Shown: positions 18,470 to 28,655 of the stretch, one piece after another
How positions within the stretch are numbered: position 1 is the stretch's first letter
How the letters are laid out: each line of letters begins with the position of its first letter
Origin: an uncultured virus (IMG/VR IMGVR_UViG_3300033075_000331)
Taxonomy: Duplodnaviria; Heunggongvirae; Uroviricota; Caudoviricetes
IMG/VR virus record: IMGVR_UViG_3300033075_000331
DNA: 64,000 nucleotides
Reading direction: 5' to 3' (one strand)
The notes under the pieces: model-generated
What the model saw: only the letters and a program-made list of their open reading frames with translations
What the model was told of the DNA's origin: nothing
Databases searched by the model: none
Made by a program: the position numbers and the translations under genes

Positions 18470-18773
18470 TGTGCTTCTCCAAATATAATATCATGTTTTG
18501 TAAAATGGTTATATCTTCTTTAATGAGTCCAAGAACAGAATTACACTGTCTACATAGAAGTTTTCGTACGCTGTTCGTGTGGTGATTATGATCGACACAT
18601 AAAACCTTCGGTGTATTCCCACATAAGTAACATTTTCCTTGTTGCGTCTCAACCATAGCTAAAAACTCTTCTTCACTAAGACCATATCTCCACATTTTGA
18701 ATTTCTTGTAAGATAGGGAGAAATACATATCAAGCGGTATATGCACTATGGGTGCTTTTGTAAAAACTGTCAT
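18459..18773 (-). CDS. endonuclease VII-like protein
   Basis: YGLSEEEF, CYLC, VDHNH and VRKLLCRQCN motifs; AT-rich. Confidence 0.8.
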   Translation of the reverse strand: MTVFTKAPIVHIPLDMYFSLSYKKFKMWRYGLSEEEFLAMVETQQGKCYLCGNTPKVLCVDHNHHTNSVRKLLCRQCNSVLGLIKEDITILQNMILYLEKHNGN

Positions 18774-20149
18774 TTAGTACCATCTGGATCATTGAGTTCG
18801 ATCAACTTTTTCTTCAAGATGCTTTGAATGGTGTTCTTTCCATCATTCATTTCATGCTTGATCGCTCGTCCTTCCGGTGAGTCTTCTGCAACGATATCAA
18901 CACGACCAATTTCGAAGTCAAGATAGGCAGGTAAGACCAAACCGTCTTTTCCAAAACGATTCTTTCCAAGGAATACTCGACCCGTATTACCAACCTTATC
19001 GGCCAACAAACGACTCAAGCTCATCCATACATCACATGCCGCAAGAATGCTGTATGCACCCGCAACCTTATCACCTTCAATGATTTCGTCCTGTTGTGAA
19101 GAACGCTGTGTTTGATGTGCGGTCCATAGTGGTACTTCTAATTCGCCCGCCATTCCACGTAATTCTTCAATGATATTACCGAGTTCTTCATGCTTAGCAC
19201 TTCCCTTATCGATACCACGTAATAAGCCCAAATAGTCTACAATGATCAGGTCTGGTTTCTGATTCAACTGTGCCATTCGATGTGCGTGCGCCATGAGAGC
19301 ATTGGTCGTGACGCTCTTGGTAGGGAAATACTTAATGATCAATTGACCGGAAATACCATCAATTGCTTCACGAACAAGATGTACATTGTCCTTGATATCT
19401 CTCGACTGAATACCTGTCAAAATAGTATCATAGCGAAGCCCGGTGTATTCCTGTGACAATTCCATGGTGTAGTGGACCACTCGCTTGCCTTGACGAATTG
19501 CCGCCATACCAATTGCGTCCAATAACCATGACTTACCGATGCCCTGTGGAGCCAAAATACAACCAACCTCACCTTTCCCTAGCCCACCATCCAATAACTC
19601 GTTCAGAACGGCCCACGGAGTCGCAATCGTGTTCCTAGAGTGCTTACTCACACGTGATTCAATGTCGGCATTCCAATCATGACCAATATTGCGTTCTTGT
19701 CCTGCTCGCATTGCCTTGTCGATGAGGCTCTTAATGTCCTCATACTTGGAATATTCCAACAATTCAGCAGATTTCAAAATCGCATTCTTAAGTTCCTGAT
19801 TCTTACAAAATGCCAAGAATTCATCTTTGATGTACGATAGATCATCTGGGTTTTCTCTGACTTGGAGTAACACCGACATGATCTGTTGCTTTGCTGCCTC
19901 TTTCAAATCGTGCTCTGGTGGAATCTTGCTCCACTCTTTTCCGAGCACTTCCTTCGTAGGAACAGATCGATATTCGTGGAAGTACCACTTGATAGTTTTG
20001 ACAATCCACTGGTTAGCAGGGTGTTCAAAATACTTCTCGTTGACGATATCATATACCTGTTCCAGAAATGCACGGTCGGTGAGGAGTGCGACAATGCATT
20101 TCTGTTGAAATTCCGATCCAAACTTTTGTAGCGTATTCTCTAGTGTCAT
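18770..20149 (-). CDS. replicative DnaB-like helicase (T4 gp41-like)
   Basis: APQGIGKS Walker A, MEL, IIVDYLGLL, WTAHQ and KNRFG motifs. Confidence 0.92.
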   Translation of the reverse strand: MTLENTLQKFGSEFQQKCIVALLTDRAFLEQVYDIVNEKYFEHPANQWIVKTIKWYFHEYRSVPTKEVLGKEWSKIPPEHDLKEAAKQQIMSVLLQVRENPDDLSYIKDEFLAFCKNQELKNAILKSAELLEYSKYEDIKSLIDKAMRAGQERNIGHDWNADIESRVSKHSRNTIATPWAVLNELLDGGLGKGEVGCILAPQGIGKSWLLDAIGMAAIRQGKRVVHYTMELSQEYTGLRYDTILTGIQSRDIKDNVHLVREAIDGISGQLIIKYFPTKSVTTNALMAHAHRMAQLNQKPDLIIVDYLGLLRGIDKGSAKHEELGNIIEELRGMAGELEVPLWTAHQTQRSSQQDEIIEGDKVAGAYSILAACDVWMSLSRLLADKVGNTGRVFLGKNRFGKDGLVLPAYLDFEIGRVDIVAEDSPEGRAIKHEMNDGKNTIQSILKKKLIELNDPDGTK

Positions 20150-20175
20150 GAATTACTCGTGTGAATGATCCAATG

Positions 20176-21234
20176 TTATTTCTCTCTTGTTGCGAACCAG
20201 TGTAGTTGAAGAAACGTACTCGCGATCCAATCATCGAATCGTCCAAATGCGGACATGGCTCTAATCGAGGTCAACAAGCGAATCAGATCGAGCTTGTTCA
20301 GATGGGTGGGTGGCGCGTCGTAGGCGTCCAGTACCTTAATACGAGTCGCCCCGCTCATCGCAACATCGTCGAGCCGCATCAGTTTGAAGTTCAATTCTAG
20401 CTGATCCTTTCCGTCTAAGAGCGTCTTTAAGGCAACAGGAGGTTTCTTTGTGGCTTCGACCATACGTTGTGCTTCCGTAATTAGGTAATCAATATCACGA
20501 GGCACATCGTCTCTCAACTGTGGAAAGTATTTCGCCAAAGTCTTTTCTTTGATACCATCAATGCCCGGAATGTTGTCAGATTTGTCTCCGGTAATGGCAC
20601 GATAAAGTAGGAAGTTGTGTGGATGAATACCATACTTCTCTACTACGCGATCTGCATTATACATGACTTCTGTGACGGGATTCCACACGGTGATATCTTC
20701 ATTTACTAATTGAAGAAAGTCTTTATCGCTGGACATAAGGATAACCTTCGATCCACGCGATGAAATTTCTTGTGCAAGATATGCCAATGCATCATCAGCT
20801 TCAACATTTTCCGGCGCCATAACCGTCAATGGTAGGCAACGTAGCATTTCGACCAATGTGATCAATTGCCACTTCTGAGAGTTGTGCTCGCTTTCCAATG
20901 AATCAAAGCCATACGTTCTATTCAGCTTTGTCATGGTTTTGCGTTGAGATTTGTAATCTTTGAATAGGCCACGACGATATTGACTACCGCCCTTACCATC
21001 AAAGACAATAACCACACGCGTCGGCTTGAAACGACGTATCGTCATTCCAAGACTCTTGAGAAATCCAGTGATTCCTCCAATGTGGTCTCCGTTATCGTTC
21101 ATCGTGGGAGTTGCAGCAAAGCACGACATATAACGATTGAGCCCATCAACTAACAGCACAGATTCGCTAATAGTAGTGGGCTCTGTCGTTTGTTGCTTTG
21201 CCATAAACTCTTTCAGTTTATCGGCTAAGTTCAT
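20176..21234 (-). CDS. 5'-3' exonuclease / FEN (T4 RNase H, PolI 5'-exo type)
   Basis: LLVDG, VFDG, YKSQR, EADD, SSDKDFLQL and GDKSDNIPGIDGI motifs. Confidence 0.92.
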   Translation of the reverse strand: MNLADKLKEFMAKQQTTEPTTISESVLLVDGLNRYMSCFAATPTMNDNGDHIGGITGFLKSLGMTIRRFKPTRVVIVFDGKGGSQYRRGLFKDYKSQRKTMTKLNRTYGFDSLESEHNSQKWQLITLVEMLRCLPLTVMAPENVEADDALAYLAQEISSRGSKVILMSSDKDFLQLVNEDITVWNPVTEVMYNADRVVEKYGIHPHNFLLYRAITGDKSDNIPGIDGIKEKTLAKYFPQLRDDVPRDIDYLITEAQRMVEATKKPPVALKTLLDGKDQLELNFKLMRLDDVAMSGATRIKVLDAYDAPPTHLNKLDLIRLLTSIRAMSAFGRFDDWIASTFLQLHWFATREK

Positions 21235-22359
21235 TTACGCTCCGTCACCGCTCGTTTCAACTTCTACCTCGTCACTGTCAGTAGACAATCCATCCGTCTT
21301 GTACGACATGATGAGGGTGTTGCACATACGATTGTACATATCAGCCTTGACTTCTGGTTTTTCTTCTACGAATGATTTCCAAGTGGACGATGAAAATTCA
21401 AACTCTTCTCCGTTGGAATCGATGTACTTGTACTTTGCCGCATTACCTGTGATCAAGCTATGGTCCTTCAAGAAATCGGTCCATGACGATAGATCATCAA
21501 TACCACGATCAAAGTACACGTCGAACGAACACTTACGATGCGGAGGACCAAGGCGATTCTTGACTACATCGGCATTGATCGTAACACCAATGACGTCCTT
21601 TGCCTTGTTCTTGATGAATCCTGCACGTGCCAAGCGAATACGAGTGGATGCGTGGAATGCAATGGCTTTTCCACCACTCGTTGTCCATGGATCAGAGAAC
21701 GGCATTGCGTTCATCTTCTGGCGTAATTGATTTGTAAAGACCAGAGTGATCTTGTACTTACCAATCATGTTGGTTAGCTTTCGCATGGCCTTTCCGATAA
21801 TGATGGCCTTGTCAGTAGCATAGCCATCTTTATCATAGTCACCTTCAACTTCGCGCTTTGTAGGTGCAGCCGCTACTGAGTCAACCACAATGATGACTTT
21901 CTTGTCACGCTGTGCGGCAGTTCCCTTACGGTAGAGTTCGACAATCTTCTCAATTGTTTCAAAGATTTCTTCGACGGTTTCTGGTTGACGATAGACCATG
22001 CGATCAAAGTCTAGCCCAATAGCGTCATAGAATTCCTGATTGACAGCATTCTCTGTATCGAGAAGCACGGCAACACCACCGGAACGCTGGACATTTGCCA
22101 TCATATGTGCAGCGATAAGCGACTTTCCCGAACCTTCCAATCCAGTGAGTTCGGTGATACGACCACAGGCAATTCCACCGTTAGGTCTGTTGGAAATATT
22201 CAAATCCAGAATTGATGATCCCGTTGACACGAAATCTACCAAATCCGTTGGTGAGGCATCCTGTCCTAGAAAATAGGTTGGGAGCCCGTCTGTATTCAGA
22301 CCATCTGCAATATTATGTGCAAGATCGTCCGAAACTTTTGCTTTAGTTTTCGGAGCCAT
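21235..22359 (-). CDS. recA: RecA/UvsX recombinase
   Basis: GRITELTGLEGSGKS, DTE, VVDSVAA, FTNQLR, SGGKAIAFHASTRI and VKNRLGPP motifs. Confidence 0.93.
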   Translation of the reverse strand: MAPKTKAKVSDDLAHNIADGLNTDGLPTYFLGQDASPTDLVDFVSTGSSILDLNISNRPNGGIACGRITELTGLEGSGKSLIAAHMMANVQRSGGVAVLLDTENAVNQEFYDAIGLDFDRMVYRQPETVEEIFETIEKIVELYRKGTAAQRDKKVIIVVDSVAAAPTKREVEGDYDKDGYATDKAIIIGKAMRKLTNMIGKYKITLVFTNQLRQKMNAMPFSDPWTTSGGKAIAFHASTRIRLARAGFIKNKAKDVIGVTINADVVKNRLGPPHRKCSFDVYFDRGIDDLSSWTDFLKDHSLITGNAAKYKYIDSNGEEFEFSSSTWKSFVEEKPEVKADMYNRMCNTLIMSYKTDGLSTDSDEVEVETSGDGA

Positions 22360-22382
22360 AGTAGGATGAGTTATAGGTGGGA

Positions 22383-22417
22383 ATGCGGGTAGCAAAGATA
22401 TACTCTGCTACCCGCAT
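22383..22417. promoter_or_regulatory. 12-bp perfect inverted repeat between the gp32-like gene and recA
   Basis: ATGCGGGTAGCA-(11 nt)-TGCTACCCGCAT; no U-tract on the minus strand. Confidence 0.55.
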
Positions 22418-22423
22418 CATGAA

Positions 22424-23203
22424 TTAGGAGTCGAAGATTTCCGAGAATTCCTTCTCTACATCCTGTGATACGGCTGGCTTGGCTTCGGTCTTTTTCACAG
22501 GAGTTTCCTCACTGCTTGAGAGCACCGATGCTGCTGATGGACGGTTCACGATGTTGTTAAGAATTTCTCGTAGTTCGGCATCCGTCTTCTGAACAAGATG
22601 GTCCGAAATGCGTGGCTGTTCATCAAGCCACTTGGCGACAAGTTCCTTATCCTTACTGAGAGGGGAAGGCTTGCGTGCGACGTCGATTTCCGTCTTGGCA
22701 AATCCACCGCCCTTGGTCTTGGGAGTGTATGTGACCTTGATATCATAACCCTCTACAGGATCATGAATCACACCGACGTCTTCATCAGTGTAGTAGGCCA
22801 ATAGCTGCTCGTAAATCTTAGGAGAGAATCCCCATAGCTTTACACCTTCGTCCTCTTTACCACGCACAATGACGGGAGCATACACACGTTCTTGTGGGGA
22901 GAACTTTTTACGGACTTCAATCCAATCTTCCTTGGAGAGTCCACCTTCTGAGGTAATCGAATCGCCAAAATCTGCGATTGGATCGGTCTTTCCGAAGCTA
23001 CGTGGTGACACGAACGACGTTTGACCATGGTAGTGAAATTGAAAACTTTGGAACGGCAACCCATCCGTCGCATCCTTCAATGGAACGAGTCGGACAGTTT
23101 GAACACCTTCCTGCAACGTGAGGAAGGCTGCATTACCAGAACCTTTTGTGCGCGATTCAAGGCGCTTTCTTGCTGCTTCGATGATTGCTTGAACGTTTGA
23201 CAT
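22424..23203 (-). CDS. single-stranded DNA-binding protein (T4 gp32-like)
   Basis: VRLVP, FHY, SPRSFGKTDPI, GVKLWGF and DPVEGYDI motifs; acidic C-terminal tail; adjacent to recA. Confidence 0.85.
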   Translation of the reverse strand: MSNVQAIIEAARKRLESRTKGSGNAAFLTLQEGVQTVRLVPLKDATDGLPFQSFQFHYHGQTSFVSPRSFGKTDPIADFGDSITSEGGLSKEDWIEVRKKFSPQERVYAPVIVRGKEDEGVKLWGFSPKIYEQLLAYYTDEDVGVIHDPVEGYDIKVTYTPKTKGGGFAKTEIDVARKPSPLSKDKELVAKWLDEQPRISDHLVQKTDAELREILNNIVNRPSAASVLSSSEETPVKKTEAKPAVSQDVEKEFSEIFDS

Positions 23204-23288
23204 AATGGTATCCTATGATGGATGGTGAATGATACAATGAATTGTAACCTTTACAACAATAAAACGACGCGTCACCGAGAAGGTAACA

Positions 23289-23696
23289 TCACGAAGCCGA
23301 CAATTTGATAATCGAGTGCAACTTCGTTGGGATGATTTTCAATTCGTTATGCGTCGTCACAAGGATGGAATTTTTATATTCCGTCCATGAAACTTGGAAT
23401 TGCTTATCGAGCTTTCCACCGTTCAATGACTTTACGAGAGAATTCAAAGCGTTAATCGTATACAACGTATTGGTCGCCTTCTTTCTATGTAAGGAAATCG
23501 TGTTGGCCGGAATGGTCATTTTCTTCAGTACATCTACGTAAATATTGTACGTACAACACAGAGCACCTTCCGTCAATGTATTTTCAAGTACATAAATTGA
23601 GTCAAATGCAATATCGTATGTATTTACAATGTCGTTTATGGTATGGTCGAGTGTCTCAACCGTACAAAACGTGCATAATAGTTGAGTTTGTGACAT
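23289..23696 (-). CDS. hypothetical protein
   Basis: 135 aa ORF preceded by the promoter-like motif; SLHRKKATNTLYTINALN resembles a protein I recall from related phages (unverified). Confidence 0.65.
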   Translation of the reverse strand: MSQTQLLCTFCTVETLDHTINDIVNTYDIAFDSIYVLENTLTEGALCCTYNIYVDVLKKMTIPANTISLHRKKATNTLYTINALNSLVKSLNGGKLDKQFQVSWTEYKNSILVTTHNELKIIPTKLHSIIKLSAS

Positions 23697-23757
23697 GTAA
23701 AATCTCTTGTAACGGGACTTTACATAAATAGAAGAAGTTCAGTCCAAAGATCAGATT

Positions 23758-25092
23758 TTATTTCATCAAATGAGTGACTTGCTTCATGTCCTGATAATTC
23801 GTTCCGGCATGAATGCGAATCGGGTATTTTCCGCCGTCTTCTAGCGCAGTGACCAATGATCGTAAAAATTGGGCACCGTCACTCGCCTTAAAGTCAATCA
23901 AAATGCTATCATACGTGTACAGAATGATCTTACTATGTGCGTTTTCGAGAATAGGAAGCGCAGCATGGATCAATCGAAAACTGGTGAAACTCTCAAGCAT
24001 CTGTACAATGTAATTGAATGCCTTGGCGGGAGTTGGGTTTTCCAATACCGACGCGTTCAGTACAAAGGGAGTATTGGGAACGTGATATATACCAAATGTA
24101 CACAAAGATGCATACATATTATCGGTAAATTCGTATATTTTCTTGAAAAAATCTATACTTTGGCCCGCTTCCCTATTATCACCGTAGAGCAAGGAGAACG
24201 TTGTCTGTTTTCCAATCGTATATTCCTCTTCGGTCAACGTATCCTTATTGAAATACTGTTTTCCGAGAAATTGGTGAACTGGCTCATCTGGCAATTCATA
24301 CCCAATCATGTTGGCAATGAGCCGGAGATGGAAACTTTCATAATCGATCAGCACCATATACCCCTCACCACCAAAACGACTGGTAATAGTGCTTCGTACG
24401 CCACTGTTCTTATCCAATGCGGAATAATTTACCGAGTCGTATCGATTGGTGACGCGATGTGTAATAGTGTATGGGTTATACTGTGATGCGACAAATCCAT
24501 CATGTAGTGTGGCACGAGGGTAATACGTCAAGAATTCTGGTGTGACGTGGATTTTGGCTCGCTCCATTACCGCACACGTTGGTATAATGACATCGTTGAT
24601 GAACTTGAACGCATCCTTTTGTAGCAATCCTTGAAGACTTGACGCCACCGACGTTCCCCATGTAAAATAGGGTGCCAATAACGATTCCAACTTATAGATC
24701 GGCATCGTGCGCAAATTCGTCAAATGTAATTTACGCAACGTATCCGGCTCGGGCATACTATCGGTGAGATTTGCGCAACGCAACAACACGTGGATATCGG
24801 CAGCACGAACGGTTGGACACACATGACTCCACACCACCCCATTTGGAGTAAACAATGAGAATGCGCCCCGAAATATCGACTCGATATCTACTACGGGATC
24901 AACGCTCTCTGTGTGATTGACGGGAATTGCATATGTTCGCTCGCTATCAAAGTACACGAATATGACAGAAAGAGAATCAAACACCGGATGGGCAGACACT
25001 TTTCCAAATAGAGGTACCACGAGAGCTACTTCATATTGCAATAGAGCCGTGAGACTCTTACGCTGCTCAGGCGTATCTACCAATATAACCAT
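23758..25092 (-). CDS. divergent, compact family A DNA polymerase-like protein
   Basis: Motif A LIDYESFHLRL, motif B KQTTFSLLYG, motif C LYTYDSILID; FNYIVQ. Confidence 0.75.
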   Translation of the reverse strand: MVILVDTPEQRKSLTALLQYEVALVVPLFGKVSAHPVFDSLSVIFVYFDSERTYAIPVNHTESVDPVVDIESIFRGAFSLFTPNGVVWSHVCPTVRAADIHVLLRCANLTDSMPEPDTLRKLHLTNLRTMPIYKLESLLAPYFTWGTSVASSLQGLLQKDAFKFINDVIIPTCAVMERAKIHVTPEFLTYYPRATLHDGFVASQYNPYTITHRVTNRYDSVNYSALDKNSGVRSTITSRFGGEGYMVLIDYESFHLRLIANMIGYELPDEPVHQFLGKQYFNKDTLTEEEYTIGKQTTFSLLYGDNREAGQSIDFFKKIYEFTDNMYASLCTFGIYHVPNTPFVLNASVLENPTPAKAFNYIVQMLESFTSFRLIHAALPILENAHSKIILYTYDSILIDFKASDGAQFLRSLVTALEDGGKYPIRIHAGTNYQDMKQVTHLMK

Positions 25093-25098
25093 TATGCC

Positions 25099-25494
25099 TT
25101 AGTATCCTACCCAGTATTGTTTGAGATTGATCAGTTTTGTGTTCAGTGCGGGCATCGTTTTCATTGCGAGTTCCAACGACAATCTGTTTGCCGTCAAAAC
25201 GCCTGTATATGAGCGAATGCCACCCGAGTCCAGTTTATCTTCTAAGGGACCGGAGACGCGCCATGTCAGTGAAGCTAGACGATACATGGGATTCGAACGT
25301 AACGCGTCATGTGAATTGCGGGTAATCTCAACAATCTCTCCGGTAGGATCGAGAAGACGTTGCACGAAGTATCGTTCAATATACCCCAATGCGATATCCG
25401 CATCGGTGACGAATGGAATATAGGCAGAAATTCTAACTTGTTTGAATGTATCCGGACTATCTGTCAATGCAGTATATACATCATAGTCGCTCAT
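25099..25494 (-). CDS. hypothetical protein (baseplate region)
   Basis: 131 aa ORF translationally coupled to the hub gene. Confidence 0.6.
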   Translation of the reverse strand: MSDYDVYTALTDSPDTFKQVRISAYIPFVTDADIALGYIERYFVQRLLDPTGEIVEITRNSHDALRSNPMYRLASLTWRVSGPLEDKLDSGGIRSYTGVLTANRLSLELAMKTMPALNTKLINLKQYWVGY

Positions 25495-28400
25495 TATTGT
25501 CCCTCACCGTTTAACCAAATGACCTTGAAATATCCTGTGATTTTTGATATCCATCCTTGCGACGTAATGGATTCTGCCAATTGTGTTACCGCAAAGCATC
25601 CATACTTTTCAAAAATGAATGGAAGTTTTTCAACATAAAATCCATCCCCAACCGAAATGCCACCAATACCTTGAATCGTCAACGTGACTTTGGTTGTTGT
25701 AGGGAATGGTGCCACAAACGCATTGTTCTTGTTCAGATAGTGATCGTAACCATCACGCGTGACCTTATTACGCATGGCCGACGCGTTAGGTTCAATGAGT
25801 TGCAAGATGTTGTTCCCAAATCGAGTGACATAACTATCGATAGTGGAATTCAATTGTTGCATTTCTGCTAACTGTAGTTGTGCGTCTGGTGCTGCTGGAT
25901 TGTACGTTCCTCGCGTTGCCAATGGATTCTGTGGCAACCCAACTTGTGGAGACACTGGCGGTTGTCCCGCTGTCTGTCGCAAATAGTTGTACTTGCGCAT
26001 GATTGGATCAACGTAGTAATGTTGATTTCCAAATTCACCCTGACGTACCCAAACCCACGGCTTAGCATCCAATCCCGGCTGTGAAGGACGCGGGACGCCC
26101 CCACACGTATCATTTTGACGGTTCAGGCCAGCCGAACAAAAATAGGTATCCCGAGAGACACGACGTCCACCCCCACCATTATATGAAGATACGGCAGCTT
26201 CTACGTCGCCCCCATGATCCGCTAATACTTGCGACAGATACCATGCAGAAGTATCGATGTTTTTGGCCGGATTATACAATTCTTGCGGACTGATATTTTC
26301 ATCACCCGGTTTTCCACGTGCCGTATCAAGCATTACTTGCCCAAGCCCAATAGCACCTACCTCAGAACGTGCGTGTGGTCTGAATGTGCTTTCATGATCG
26401 ATGAGCACGGTCAACAACAATGGATCGACTCCATACTTTGCAGCAGACGCGTTAATGAGCGATTCAAATGGCTTAGCACGCAATTTGAGAGCTTCACCTT
26501 GTGGGGACAGGGGTGGAGTCACACTACTACGCGTGGCGACCTTGGGAGACTCTACAGGCGCTCTATTGATAGGTTCTACCGCTGTCGCCCCTACGCGTTG
26601 ATCTGGCGCAGGAGATTGTAAGGTTGAGACGATGGACGTAGCAAACGGATCGAACCCCGATGATACCCGCGCACGATCAGTAATGGTTTGCGACATGTAC
26701 GGGGCGGTGCCTTGAGCAGTTGCCTTCATCTTTTCGACCGAAGGTGCTGCCGAATCTCCTGCTCGACGACGCTGAATGTGCTGATCAACCAAATCCTTCA
26801 AATTAGTCCAGTTGAGTCCATACATAAATGCCGACGTTGAGCCCAACTTTGGAAAATCCGTCTTCATTTGGTCGTGTTGTGGACGTGTCGCCGTACGATA
26901 CTTGGCAATCATCATCATTTGCATGACCAATTCTGGCGGGAATGCGCTGTCAAGTTCAACGTCGATCAATTCGCCTTGTGGAGCACCAGATGCGTTACCA
27001 GAATTGAAACGGTAGAAAAATGGGGTACTCTTTCCATCCAAATACTTGTTGTCAATGACCTTATATATAGCCGTTTCTTCATCAAAGAACATCTGTAATT
27101 GCCAATAGCCTTGTACCGCATTGTTCATTTTTGTCAACAATGCTGCCATGGATGCTTGGAAATTGTTTGATTGGATGAATGAATCACGGATGGCTCCCGT
27201 ATTGAGCCATACCCCACGAGACAATTTACCTTTGGTCATGGCTTTGTCAAAATCGTCGAAATAGCCAGCCGTTTGTAATTCCGCAGGGGTAACCGTCGCC
27301 ATATTGCTCTGTAGGAGAAGCATAACGTCAGGACGCGTCGAACGCAAGTACTGATTGTTGCCTAGCCAATCTCGCATGAGACTATCTTCTTCTACCGCCG
27401 TTCTGGATTGTCTGAAATTGATGAATCGTTGTAGGTCGGGTTTGACGTTTGGGTCATCAATCAATGCGAACATTTGAGGAATGATCACGTCCGACAAGAA
27501 ATCCCATGAAATGAACCGATAGTCATTCGGATTTGATGAAAATTCCTTGTAGTCACTGATCTGTGTGAGCTTATTGTCTGTTTTGTTGCTCCACGTTGCG
27601 GTATTGAACGCCACTCCTACCTTTCCAGCATTATCCGAAATGAGTTTGTCAAACAACCCATCCTCACGGAAAAAATCGGCAATAGAAGTCACACGATTGA
27701 TTTCGGGTGACGTGACAGGTACATCGGTTTTGGTATATGTTTGATGGTTATCGATAGACCACGGATATTCACCTGTAGAGTAAATCGTCGTCATACAACG
27801 ATAAATGCCTGTCTTGGCTTCCAATTGCACACTGAAATTTCCAACAGTTCCAACAACAAACTCATAGTTTCCGTTATTTGGTTCAACCCATTCGTTGATG
27901 ACATATCGGCGTCCGTCAAGAACACTCTTTACCAACACTTCGGTGACGTTATCAATATCAGAGAAATCCAACACCTTGTTGATTTGACGATCTGAGAATT
28001 GTTGACCCCATTCCAAGCACACATATCCACCCGCAATCAAGAAATGATTTCGAAGGAATTCGAGTTGAGCCTTGTTATAGCACGTCCACTCGACGGTACA
28101 GATGATAGGTGTAAACGCGCCACGTTGCAGTTGTACACTGGTGATGCCCGGAATAGGATGTGCGCCATGTACTGCCACAGTATTCTTCGTCGAAATGATC
28201 TGTGACTGTGTTTTCTTGTACGTATCCAATTGTTCTGGCGTCAATTTCTCCGCATCATCAGACGGTATATTGGCAACTGATATTTGGCTCGCATCGATGA
28301 GCTTTTTGGCGTATTTTCGAGACCCATTCTTTGTAGTTGCGGTATCATAGGCATATCCTACAATATCTCGTCCATTACCATATGTCGAATCGAAGACGTC

Positions 28401-28655
28401 TAGGTCTGTATCGCCAAATCCATGCAATCCAAGCGTGAAAAACGCATAGGAGTATTCGGTGTCCATTTGGCACGACGTTAATCGAACAAATGGTGCACTT
28501 GTCGGAAATGGATAATTCGATTTTCTATACACCAATTCATTCGTAACGAAATCTCGAAACGAATTCAGTTGTGGATATGGGAGTCGAGGAGACGCCCCAT
28601 TCTTCTGTGCTTTTACAGAGACGGTGGGGGTCGTTGTAGTACGAGGCGCTGTCAT
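25494..28655 (-). CDS. baseplate hub / tail-associated protein with lytic transglycosylase (SLT) domain
   Basis: KYGVDPLLL..IDHESTF, GAIGLGQVM, NPAKNI and SYNGG; hub-like C-terminus LTIQGIGGISVGDGF...GWISKITG. Confidence 0.75.
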   Translation of the reverse strand: MTAPRTTTTPTVSVKAQKNGASPRLPYPQLNSFRDFVTNELVYRKSNYPFPTSAPFVRLTSCQMDTEYSYAFFTLGLHGFGDTDLDVFDSTYGNGRDIVGYAYDTATTKNGSRKYAKKLIDASQISVANIPSDDAEKLTPEQLDTYKKTQSQIISTKNTVAVHGAHPIPGITSVQLQRGAFTPIICTVEWTCYNKAQLEFLRNHFLIAGGYVCLEWGQQFSDRQINKVLDFSDIDNVTEVLVKSVLDGRRYVINEWVEPNNGNYEFVVGTVGNFSVQLEAKTGIYRCMTTIYSTGEYPWSIDNHQTYTKTDVPVTSPEINRVTSIADFFREDGLFDKLISDNAGKVGVAFNTATWSNKTDNKLTQISDYKEFSSNPNDYRFISWDFLSDVIIPQMFALIDDPNVKPDLQRFINFRQSRTAVEEDSLMRDWLGNNQYLRSTRPDVMLLLQSNMATVTPAELQTAGYFDDFDKAMTKGKLSRGVWLNTGAIRDSFIQSNNFQASMAALLTKMNNAVQGYWQLQMFFDEETAIYKVIDNKYLDGKSTPFFYRFNSGNASGAPQGELIDVELDSAFPPELVMQMMMIAKYRTATRPQHDQMKTDFPKLGSTSAFMYGLNWTNLKDLVDQHIQRRRAGDSAAPSVEKMKATAQGTAPYMSQTITDRARVSSGFDPFATSIVSTLQSPAPDQRVGATAVEPINRAPVESPKVATRSSVTPPLSPQGEALKLRAKPFESLINASAAKYGVDPLLLTVLIDHESTFRPHARSEVGAIGLGQVMLDTARGKPGDENISPQELYNPAKNIDTSAWYLSQVLADHGGDVEAAVSSYNGGGGRRVSRDTYFCSAGLNRQNDTCGGVPRPSQPGLDAKPWVWVRQGEFGNQHYYVDPIMRKYNYLRQTAGQPPVSPQVGLPQNPLATRGTYNPAAPDAQLQLAEMQQLNSTIDSYVTRFGNNILQLIEPNASAMRNKVTRDGYDHYLNKNNAFVAPFPTTTKVTLTIQGIGGISVGDGFYVEKLPFIFEKYGCFAVTQLAESITSQGWISKITGYFKVIWLNGEGQ

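Noticed and set aside
8998..22359. Inteins in PolB, RNR, DnaB or RecA
   Set aside because: Protein lengths are normal and no intein splice-junction motifs or LAGLIDADG blocks are visible.
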